DNA of 62,967 nt, the filler included, from Gonapodya sp. JEL0774 (lineage: Eukaryota), in assembly GCA_027604505.1 (NCBI GenBank). It is 13 parts of 13 records of this genome, joined end to end, with 100 filler letters (N's around TTAATTAATTAA, not from the genome) between each part and the next. Parts side by side here need not be neighbours in the genome. Positions count along the whole stretch, not along the records: positions 34,084 to 38,830 come from JADIIX010000867.1; positions 38,931 to 43,673 come from JADIIX010000868.1; positions 43,774 to 48,512 come from JADIIX010000869.1; 10 more parts are not named here. The stretch is one strand, 5' to 3'. Of this stretch, positions 38,001-48,612 are shown one piece after another (the stretch's first letter is position 1; every line of letters starts with the position of its first letter). The notes under the pieces are model-generated. The model was given only the letters and a program-made list of their open reading frames with translations. It had not been told where the DNA came from and did no database searches. A program made the translations under genes and the position numbers.

Positions 38001-38760
38001 TACTGTTATGGCTTAGAATACTTCTATTTTTGTTTACAGAGTGGTTAAACAGGTAACTACAGCTGTTGTTTACTACTTGGTGAAGCGTTCTTGGATCTTG
38101 GGGTGCTGAGTGGATGGAGTTGATGGTTCATGGCAACCTGTGCTATCACTCCTGCAAACTACTTCTGCCACTTAATGCTCAACTTTTTGTTGCTCCTCAT
38201 GTCTCATATGGGTATGTTATATTTTTTTTACATTGCTAAGAGTTCCTCCTTGTATACACCTGCATGTGGGACACAGCAATGACTGGAAAGAGTTCCTTGA
38301 GTGACGTGTGAGCAACCTGATTGCTGACCATCTGCACAGGGTGTAATGGACAAATTTTCGCATTTGGCAATGTCATTGAGTTGCTCTGATATATGAGCAC
38401 CCTGTAACAATCATAAGTGCATATTCAAACTGTCAGATGTTCACACAGTGCTGACAGCTCGATAGTACATGTTTTTGGGAATTCTGACACTCAGTTCCCA
38501 ATGAATCAAAGTGGAAGGTGATCAAGATGATAGCTTCTTTGCAAAGGCTGTAGTTAGCTGGTGCAATGGGAGTTCATCTGATGTCATACAAGTGACTGAG
38601 TTTACGTTTCAGACATGTATAATTTCCCTCTACTTAGGCAATTGGTTTGGTGCCACTTTTTTCACTTTTTGGGCCTCCTAGTATCACCAGTCATTGTATG
38701 ATTACATTGTGGGAACCAAAAGTAGGACTAGCCACCAATGACTTGCTTGTCATTGTTGGA
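35050..38760 (-). mobile_element. Heavily decayed, CpG-depleted repeat region of unassigned class
   Basis: CpG is nearly absent with TG/CA excess, there are no long ORFs, and there are internal diverged duplications; sharp contrast with CpG-rich flanks. Confidence 0.5.
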
Positions 38761-38930
38761 TGTCGCAGCACTGCGACTCGGAGCACTGCGGTCGGTGCCC
38801 AATCCAACATACCGGCTGAGTGCGCAGTAGNNNNNNNNNNNNNNNNNNNNNNNNNNNNNNNNNNNNNNNNNNNNTTAATTAATTAANNNNNNNNNNNNNN
38901 NNNNNNNNNNNNNNNNNNNNNNNNNNNNNN

Positions 38931-40673
38931 GAGGAGCCGTGTCCAGATTTACCGCACATCCCAAAGTTGACCCTCGGACGGGGGAAATGTTCTTCTGTGA
39001 GTCCTCGTGTCGTCTCCTGGAGAGTTTTTAAACGCCTCTTTAACTGTGCTCCTGCGCATTCCAGTTGGATGTAAGCATTGATCTCAAATTCCTGAAATCC
39101 ACCATTGGAAGAGCACTTAATCTCATCACATCTCCACCGACCCACATTTCTATTTCAAAAGACGAAATCACAAAGGTATCTGTGGGGCTACCCTCTTGAC
39201 ACACTTTTGGAATCTGACGCTTCTATCTCAGCCGTGCATCATGTACTACTCGGTGTCTTGCTTGGGTGATCTCATGACCAGTCAAGGAATCCCTGTGCCC
39301 CTTCGAAACCCCATCATGATGCACGACTTTGTCGTGACCGAGCGGTACGCTGTAATATGGGATCATCCACTGGTGTTTAGGTCAGTCATTGCCATGCGAC
39401 GTCATTTGTGTTCTAGTGTCAACGAGATTCTCGCATTTTACAGTATTCCTGGAACCACGAAAGGTCCGCGTCCTAAACACATACTTTCATGGCGCCCGGA
39501 GCTAGGATCGCGTATTGGTGTGTTCCCAAGGGGGTTGGCAGGAGACCCAACGGATCAAGTCAAGTGGTTCAACATCGAAACCTGCGGCGTGATACACACG
39601 GGGGCTGGGTGGGAGGAAGGGGACGACGTCGTTCTGGTAAGTGGTCGGTTTTCAACCGCTGGGATTTCCGTGTAGCGATGAAGCGTAGTTTCATGTTCTC
39701 CTCTCTCCTATGTGCCTGACGTGAGACAGGTCGCACCGCGCTCGATCGATGTGGATCTCCGGGGCCTTTCGGGAATCGACCAAGAGTCCATGGGGGAAGT
39801 AGGACGTCTGCACATTTGGAGGCTGAATATGAGAACGGGTAAAGTTGAAGAGAGGTGGGTAGTTTCGGTTTTTTATTGTTGGTGTGTGTGGCTCAAAGTT
39901 GATTTGAGTAGAACCCTCGACAATACTCTCCCCGCCGATTTTCCGGTCGTCAACAACAAGTACGCATGTGGGAGAACCCGATACGTATACGAAGGATTTT
40001 TTGCCGCGGACGACCCAAAGAAGTTCGGAGGTACGTAGGAACTCTCAAATATGCGTATTCCCTGTTTGATGATGCGTAAGCCACATCGACTGATTGTTTG
40101 GAGTCCTCTCATTCGAAAGGTGTTGTCAAATACGACCTTGGTCCTGCTTCCTCGAACTCGATCTCTGCCCTACTGGCAGGTACTTCACCGGGACGAAAAC
40201 GAATCACCTTCCCTCCGAAAACATACGGTGGTGAAGCCGTGTTCGTGCCCCGTGATTCCGCCACTCCGGCCGCCGTGGGTGGTGAAGAGGCCGAAGATGA
40301 TGGGTTCTTGGTGGTCATCGTGAGGGACGAGGCCAGGGAGGTGAGCGAGCTGCATGTGTATGATGCCCGGACCATGGATCAAACCCCAATTGCAAGGTGA
40401 GCAAAACTTTGTTTCGGTCTTTTATCCAACAATGACAGAACGCGTGCACTACTGAACCTGGACGATTATGATCCCACTCTCGACAGGCTCGCCATTCCGC
40501 ACCGAGTACCTTACGGATTCCACGGCCTGTGGATAACACCGGAGCAGATCGAAGGACAGCGGGTGAAAGATGCCGCAAAAGCGAAGGAGGCGGGAACGGA
40601 CCCCATACCTGAGATTGGTTTGGTGTCTGGAGGGCTGGCGCGATTGTTGGGAACAGTGGCGAGCTTGTTGTAG
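38931..40673 (+). CDS. Carotenoid oxygenase (RPE65/CCD family), 5' truncated, multi-exon
   Basis: MMHDFVVTERY, GVIHTGAGWE, DFPVVN, GGEAVFVP, EDDGFLV, HRVPYGFHGLW. Confidence 0.93.
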
Positions 40674-41054
40674 GAGATTGAACGAGGTCCTCAAATAAGT
40701 TTTAATTAGTCTATGCAGCCGCATACGTCATGTACGTATTTCTGATATGACCTGAAATCCTCATTGGTACGGTGAAGTTGCTGTGGCGCTTTTTCATATG
40801 GCAGAACTCAACTCAGATTAACCGGCGATGGCGAATCGGCATTCATAAATCACTCAAAACGTTCATTTCGTAACAAAAGTGTTACAGATTGGGTGCATGC
40901 ATAAAGTAGGCGTTGCTAACCATCGGGCTAGTAGTAGCCCTGCTTATCACCCGACGGCCACCGAGAAAACACTTCCCATAGCTCCGGGTTATCAGGAAGG
41001 ATGCGTGAGGTTGTGGTGGTGACGAGACGTGCTATCGTTTGGGATTCGAAAGGG

Positions 41055-42253
41055 TCAACTCTGAACGTCGAGGATCAACACACCAGTTGAAGGATGTGAG
41101 GCGGCGCACCTTGTTCGTTTCGCATAGTCCATCTCCAATCCGATGTGCGACCGAACGTCAAAGAAGGGAAGTGCTGGTAGGAGTAAATCACACGTTTTTA
41201 TGCACTCTCGAGTAGTGACAGTCTGGCTGGCAGTGAAACTCACATGAACTTGCACATCCCTCCTCCTCCTGGAGACGTGCACGGCCCTTCTCTTTAGCTC
41301 CTGTTCTTTGCTAACTAAGATGACATCTTTGGGATGGAGAACGGAACCCTCTGGGTCGCCCAAGAACCTCCAGTTCATCGTTCCACTGTGCATTCCGGAA
41401 CTGAGGTACAGTGGAGTGGAATGGCAAGATGTTTAGTTGAGTTGCGAACCGACTAGGATGGTTACTTAGACTTACTTGTATGTAGTATCAACGTTAAATG
41501 TCGACCACGAAACTATGTTGTTACTGTTCTCGTTCTCGTCCACGTAAAATGATGATCGGCTGAGGGTCAGTCTCCATTCGGGACTGCATAGCTCAAAGGC
41601 TGTAATAAAGGTGCGCTTTGCATCTTGTATAGCTGATGTCAAGTATGAAGATGAGAGACAGTGGTAGAAAGCAAGGACGGCTGGAACGCTCACCCGCGGC
41701 ATAGGAGAGTTTGTGCTTCCCAGACCACAATAGTACACCACGACCGGATCGAGGTGCAGACAGCGGCGGAGCTAGCCAAGCAGGGAAAGACTTTCCAAGC
41801 AGAGCCACTAGTTCGGACCGCTCTAAATTATGTATCGATGAGAAGAAGATCGATCTGTGTCCAAAACAGGGCAGGACACGCACCGAGTGCCCCTGCAACC
41901 TCTCGTTGCGAGCAAGCTTCAGGAAGGTGCATGAACTGGCGCCGGCGGAGAATGGCTCTAATGTCCCGGATGCTGATGGACGAGAGAAGTCCGGTTTGTG
42001 CAGACCAATCGACCAGAGGATGAAGCTCCCGGGACGGCGGGATCAAATTTCCGGCTTGTTTCTGAGAGAGTAGGATTTCGTAGCATTTGCGCCAGCATGC
42101 CTCGTCGTTTGCAAGCCGCGCGCAGAGTCGAGAGACTCTCGAAAGGATTAGAAGTGTTTTTGCGTCGTGGGCGAGGTGAAGAATACAAGCGAGCGCAATC
42201 TCTCCTGGGAGTTCTGAAAGAAGTTGGAAGTCTGCGTTGACCATCGCCAGCAT
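41055..42253 (-). CDS. F-box protein (multi-exon; boundaries approximate)
   Basis: LLSELPGEIALACILHL..LSRVSRLCARLANDEACWR. Confidence 0.6.
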
Positions 42254-42925
42254 CTTCGGATTGTGGAGTGGGTGGGAAAAGCTCGCGTTTAATTTGGTTC
42301 TCCCGGCTTCTGTTCCGCCGGTTTCTCTCTCAACCCCGAGACCCCGAGATCGGCGAAAGAAAGTTTTAACTTCTATAAGGTCAGTTACTGAAATGATGGA
42401 GCTCACTCTCTTAGAAAAGGTGAGTTGCTGGAAGCTCACTGCAGGTAACGTTTGAATGAATAAATGTTGATCGAAGACCTTCGTTCTTTTGAGAAATTAC
42501 ACGGATAAACAACACAGTCAGATTCAAGCATAAGGTGTACTCTAGTATCCCAGGGAGTGAACAGCATGTTGGGGTAATAGCCACTGAATTCAAGCGTATT
42601 GGGCATCCGAACGGACAAAGCTCCCCAGAACCAAGACACTTTGAAACATAGAAACGCAGAGAAGCAAATTTCTCTAGTCCAACATTTTACCTCCACAATT
42701 GCTCCATTCGCTCTTTTGCGATGATTGGTGGTGACTCTTTTGCTGCTCAGGTTGACTAAGGGGTGCAGCTGCCTCCTGGGGAACTCTGTCACGTTGCCTG
42801 TCACCAATCCCACTCAATAAAACCAGTGAGAATCAATCAACGGCCAAATAAAGTGAATGTCAAATTCACGGGACACACTGCCACTCTCAGATTTCTCAAG
42901 CGAACCGCTCGTGAATCCAAAGACG

Positions 42926-43673
42926 ATGTCTGCGACTCCGCCTCAAGCTCTACCCTCAATGCGCATTCAGCAGAGCTTCGCGAAGAAGTTGGATCTACCC
43001 CGATCAGAGCACCCTGGCTATGAAGGTGTGTAAGGAGTTTTCCCCGGGGATGACCTTCGAGTTGAAAATGGTATTGGTGCTGACCGACTCGATCGCGCAG
43101 GTCTGCTGAACTCCTTGGGAGACTGCATCGGCACTTGTGGAGCAATTCCTGGTGTCTTCTGTTGCCCCAACCCCTACAGGTGAGTCTCCACAGATTTTCA
43201 GTCACAGGTTCACGAGTCTTCAAGGACTGACATACCACACACCCTCTGCCAACAGAACCGTCCGACAAGGCGAAGTTGGTTTGATCACTCGTTTTGGCAA
43301 ATGGTACCGCTCGGTAGACCCTGGTCTCTGGCGCGTCAACGTCGTTACCGAGAAGATAAAGACTGTCGACATCAAAATTCAAGTCGACGATATCCCCCGG
43401 CAAAATATCATGACAAAAGACAACGTTATGGTTCTCATTGACAGTGTCCTCTACTGGCAGTGAGTGTCTTTCTCGACTGAAAACGTTTAAGGGGCACTTG
43501 GGATTCTCATTTCGTTCAAACTGCACCCTTCCCAGTGTGACGGACCCTTACACAGCTGCTTTCCTTGTTTCGAACGTTCGTACTGCCTTAATCGAACGTA
43601 CTCAGACGACGTTGAGACAAATTCTTGGTCAGAGAGTTCTCCAAGACTGCATCGGTGAGGGCGATCGTGGTGG
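42926..43673 (+). CDS. Stomatin/band-7 (SPFH) protein, 3' truncated
   Basis: CCPNPY|RTVRQGEVGLITRFGK..VDPGL..QNIMTKDNV..DSVLYW|..ERTQTTLRQILG. Confidence 0.92.
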
Positions 43674-43773
43674 NNNNNNNNNNNNNNNNNNNNNNNNNNN
43701 NNNNNNNNNNNNNNNNNTTAATTAATTAANNNNNNNNNNNNNNNNNNNNNNNNNNNNNNNNNNNNNNNNNNNN

Positions 43774-44716
43774 GTTCCTTTCTGTGGACAGCCCTGCGAG
43801 CACCGCATTTCACAAGCTTGTCGAGTTTGTCCGCGCTTGGCGGGTCTCTCACTTCACGCTTGGTCATCGCGCCTTCCATTTTCTGAACAATCTTCCCGAC
43901 TCAGCGGTCATGGGCTCAGTCACATCTGTCGCGGCTGTTCGGAATGCACTCTCAGGATCGCGCTATTTGGTGCAGAACAATGAGGAATTGGAGCACTACG
44001 AATACCTGGCAAAGCACATACTCGAACGATTTCCGAACGCCACAAGATTGGAAGGCAGCCTACTCTGTCCGCACATGACCGATTTTGGACCTGAATCCCT
44101 CACCGGGTGGATTTCTGAACACCGCCGGCACTCCATTCTCACGCCCTCTGACTCACTTACCTGGTCACAACAACCTCCTGTTGAATCTCTGAAACTCATC
44201 AATGCACTTGATGTCTTCCCGAACATTCGAGATCTCGGTACTCTGAACCTCGCAACTCCAACGAATGTGTTTCCTTATATCCTCGCTCACGGTCAGACCT
44301 CACCGCCTGTTCTGCGGCCACATGTTCGTGTTCTCCGATTCCGTTATCGCACACGAGCAGCATTTCATCCATGCAAGCAGTCAAAAGTGGTGGAGGAGAC
44401 CCTATGGCTCTTGGACCAGTTCCCCGCACTCGACTGTCTAACGGTTGAGGTCGCACTCTTCCGTCACGGACGCAGCGCCTCGCTTGCCCCTGGATTGTTT
44501 CTGACAACCCTCATCAAGAAAATGACCACGACTGCCGCACGAATCGAGGTTCATATTGAGAACGCGCACGGTCACCCGTTGGAAGAACATCTGGAGTACA
44601 ACCAGTGGAAATTTGACATTGTGCGGGGATTGTCATCGTGGCCAAAGGTGCTCAAGGAGTGGGACGGGACAGGGAAGGCGGTGGTGGTAGCTGGGAAGGT
44701 GCGGATCTTGAGGTGA
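43774..44716 (+). CDS. 3' part of an LRR-like hypothetical protein, similar in style to the 9954-11441 F-box family
   Basis: 310-aa open frame; RFPNATRL, VFPNIRDL, QFPALDCLTVEV. Confidence 0.5.
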
Positions 44717-45237
44717 TATGTTCAACTACGCTGGACAATAAATGGGATCGGGGGAACTTGCGGTGGCTCTCGCGGCTCGACATGGCGCTGCCGATTTTTG
44801 ACATCGGAAGTGGGAACCGGAGACACCGGGTCTGAGGAGTGAGCGGACCGTCGGGGTGGGGTGTCGTGAAGCATCATGGATGCGAGGTTGCTGTACCACT
44901 CACGACACTGGTGGAATCGGGTCTGAACCTCGCGTGCTTGGGGCACCCGATTCTGCCCTGGCATGTAAAGGAGACATGGTTGATGTTGTCCAGAGACAGC
45001 TGTCCTCGACTGGACTGTAATATTGGATGTCTGTGGGATCAAGGGCGTTATATAAGCGATGGCAATTCGAACTCTATAATGGTGTTACTCTCAATTCTTG
45101 TGTTGTGTGATGTACAATGTATTGGCCCTGATGTCGTGACCGACAAATTCCAGGACATGCTAAGGGATCCAAATCATCGATGGATCTCGATTGAAGTGCG
45201 GATCCAAGCAACCAACTAAATCTCCCTCCAAACAGTG

Positions 45238-46690
45238 TTACCTCGCCACTTCAACACAGACTGATGCACCATCACGCACATTACTCTTCTCCGTTCTGTC
45301 CGGCTGCCGCAACACATTCCCCCACCACACCGACGGTATTAAAACCACCCACTGGCGCACGGACCAACATCGGATCACGTGGAGGAACCGGGCCAAGGTC
45401 GATAACCCCTCCGCCGCTACTGCAGTTTGCCCCGTTGTCTCAGAAACCGGCGGCGCGACGCAGGTGACTTTGTGGACGGGCCAATGGCTTCTTTGGCAAG
45501 ACGGGGAGCTGGAACGTACGTGAGTGAGGTGGTGGTGTGCAGCATATTGCATGAGCGCCGGTCGGCCACAGTGATTGTCGGATTGCGAGTTTGATGATTT
45601 GGTCTCTGTGAGTTTGGAAAGTTTGGGACACAATGGATGGAACTCAACTCGTCACTCACTCACCAGTATTTGGTTTTGTTGCAGCGAGCATAGCGCTTGT
45701 GGACCTGGTGGGATACGAAAGGTGTTGAGAAACGTCAGTGCAGGATCGGCATGCAAGGGTCACGCAAGTGACGGCAAAGACCAAGGTCCAAGCGATCCAA
45801 AGCACCCAAATCTGAACCATTTCTGCTCTTTCATGAAGAGAATGAAGGTTGCGGTTGGTCGGCATGTGTGTGTACTCACAAAGGACGGTTAGCCGCAACT
45901 GGCACAGTTAAATTCCCCGCTACCAATGAGAGCGTAGTTTCTCCATTTTTTCCGCCTCTCCATACTCGATGTCGTCCGCTTTATCCCGCATCGCCTGCCC
46001 GTACGCTTGCACACAGTGACCAGCGAAGGTGGCTGGATCGATTTTCCTCCACCGCGAAGTGGACGTTGGTTTACCACGAGAGAAGGTAGCAGCGCCGGCT
46101 TTGATGTCATTGACGAGCGATGCGATCTCAAGAGTGCAGGTTGGTCATGGTGGAGACGACCTCAAGAATGTTCCAGATGTCGTTGCGGGGAGGGTGGGAT
46201 AATCCTGGAAGACAATTGTGGCGGCGAGATAAGTGTATTCGAAGTAGATGATCTCTAAAGCGGATCAGAAATAACGTCAAGTGTGGTCACTGAGTGAGCG
46301 ATCAAAGGAGTCGTAATGGCTCGCCAGAGATGGGTGTGATATTCACTTCAAGGGCCGTGATAAAAGCTTTGAGGGAAGGATAGGTGACTAAGGTGTGGAT
46401 ATCCTAGGTCGGCGTACAGTCCAGCGCGAGAATCAGAACAACGTGATGCAGATTGTCAGTTCACCGCGATGTCCAGAAGCACCTGATAAACACGCGTGGC
46501 TCTCTCGATCTCCCCTTGAGTGAGCTTCGATCTTGGAATGACCGTACGTGAGATCGACTTCAAGGGAACCGAAACTGCCGGCCTGAACTGGGAGGCGGAG
46601 AGCGTCTGTAGGGCATCGTCCTGGCTTGGGGTGAGATTTCCGGCACGATTGAGTTTGTGGAGCTTTTCAACCTCAGTTCGGGGGTGCATT
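45238..46690 (-). CDS. Multi-exon MYND-like zinc-finger gene, possibly degenerate
   Basis: Exons KRYARCNKTKY| and SSPSCQRSHWPVHKVTC; the first Cys ligands look altered; exon chain unresolved. Confidence 0.45.
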
Positions 46691-47002
46691 GATGGGTGAT
46701 GGCGGACCGGTGATTGTGAGGACCGCGAATGCAGTTGGAGAACGCTCATTGAACCCGGCAGCGCGGGGATATAACAAGCACCACAACCAAACCCATTGGA
46801 TTGTTCGGACAAAAAAAATGATTCAGTGAGATATTGAGAACGGGCTACATTGGCGGGAGTATGTGGGTTTATCGAGAATTGAATGCTAAAGAGGAACTGT
46901 ACAGGACTAGATACACAAGAAAAGTGGCAAGTGGACTGAGCACAGTGGAGCGTGGACACATTCCGCAAAGCATATCCATCCATCGACCCCACACACGCTG
47001 CA

Positions 47003-48507
47003 ATGGTGGGTTGATGCCCATTCCACTCTCAGTGTGCTGTTACTCACCCGCACTCGTCTTTGACCCAAATGGCATCATAATGGATTTGTGTTCCCGTCTT
47101 CCTATTCAACAACTCCAATGAAAACTTGGCGCATTTTCTGGACTCGCGCAACTGGACGGAATGTGGACGCTCTCTGAATGGATTCCTACTCTTCTTGTTG
47201 CTCTGGTCGTCTTCTCCTTCTTCTCCCCTCTCTTCTCCGGGTCTCCACGCCCTTCTCCGGTCCTTGGTTGTGCCTTGAACACACCTCCTGCCCTTACTCC
47301 CTCTTATGCACACCCCCAGGCAAAGCACACAAAGAAACAGGGCATTTGCGGCAAATACGGAACCCGTTACGGCGCATCACTCCGGAAACAGGTCAAGAAG
47401 ATGGAAATCACACAGCACGCAAAGTACACCTGCACGTTCTGTGGAAAGGTGCGCATATACCACATACGCAGAGGGTCAGGAAAACGGAGACGTTTGTTTG
47501 TGGAGATGCTGATTGGGATAGGTGGTCCAGAGACCAGTGATGGAGTAACAGGCTGTGGGAATTGCAGCAAGTGATTGTCACAGCTTCAGAGACACACGCA
47601 GTTCATTGGAGCGCATCCCGCCGTCGTGGACACTAGTACAGTGGCAGAGGTGAAGGCAAAGTCACGACAGGAGGTCACGGAGCTGCAGGACCTCCCAGAA
47701 CCCCAGACCCTCGTCGTTTGCCTCTCCTTTCTCGTCACCGCCTCATCTCATTCCCATCTCACCATTTTTCTCCCTTAACACACTTTCCAGGACTCCGTCA
47801 AACGCGGCGCCGTCGGCATCTGGACCTGCAAAGGCTGCAAACGCACTCTGGCCGGTGGTGCATGGACCGTGAGGTGCGTAGTGTGAGGTTGTGATTGTGA
47901 TCTCTACAAGTTGTATGTGTGTGTGTGTGTATGAGGAGGAGGAAATGGGAGGTCAGGTATTGGGGCAGCCGTGTGCCGTCAGTCAGGGTGTTTTGGCGTA
48001 GTCCTGTGACGGGCGACGCTGGACCGCACCAAACCGTCAGTGCACCTTGGACTCGTTGGTCGTGAGAGTGGTCGGTCTGGAAATCGCGCCCGTGCAACTG
48101 GCACTGGCACAGGGATATCCACACTGCGAGCACAGGGGAGGGTTCCTTGTCCCAATTGGGAACGACCACCGCTGGACGTTTGTATGTCCCCCTGTTTGTC
48201 TCTCGCGGCTCTGTGCCGTGGGTACTGGACACGGTGGTGCTTCCCTCGGATCGGTTGTCAGGGTGGCCTCGATGGTATCAAATTTACATCCGTCTGACCA
48301 TTCTTCTCTTACCTCTTCCCCCTCCAACACCCACCAAATGTCCTGCCCTCCACCCTACTCTCCACCACCATCCTTCCGCCCTTCCTACCTCAAACTCACC
48401 TCTCCGCCCCCTCTCCCTCCACCCACCTCCTTTATCCCACCAGCACCACCGCCGGGGTCACCGTCCGCTCCACCGTCCGTCGGTTGAGAGAACTGGTGGA
48501 GGCGTAG
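47003..48507 (+). CDS. RPL43: 60S ribosomal protein eL43 (L37a); exons 47003-47005, 47320-47448, 47791-47873, 48444-48507
   Basis: [92 protein letters not shown]. The ATG-only first exon is inferred. Confidence 0.95.
47965..48291 (+). ncRNA. Candidate structured intronic ncRNA (snoRNA-like) in rpl43 intron 3
   Basis: Nested stems GGCACAGGG/CTCTGTGCC, CTGCGAG/CTCGCGG, ACAGGGG/CCCCTGT, GTTCCT/GGGAAC; terminal hairpin followed by ACA. Confidence 0.45.
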
Positions 48508-48612
48508 ACGGGNNNNNNNNNNNNNNNNNNNNNNNNNNNNNNNNNNNNNNNNNNNNTTAATTAATTAANNNNNNNNNNNNNNNNNNNNNNNNNNNNNNNN
48601 NNNNNNNNNNNN

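Noticed and set aside
38725..38780. Hairpins plus CTAG as a Helitron 3' end
   Set aside because: The hairpin abuts CTAG without the usual spacer, and no Rep/helicase sequence is visible.
2100..40673. Retinol dehydrogenase-like SDR plus carotenoid oxygenase as a retinal/photoreception cluster
   Set aside because: They are on different contigs, so co-occurrence reflects length sorting; no opsin is seen.
46456..46458. TGA ending the ORF at 46456-46992 as a Sec codon
   Set aside because: It falls just inside a likely intron (GCG|GTGAAC..CCTAG); no redox motif or SECIS.
47874..48443. Telomerase RNA, U17/snR30, SRP or RNase P/MRP identity for the intron 3 structure
   Set aside because: No CUAACCCU template, m1/m2 motifs, SRP helix-8 motif or CR-I/CR-V sequences found by eye.
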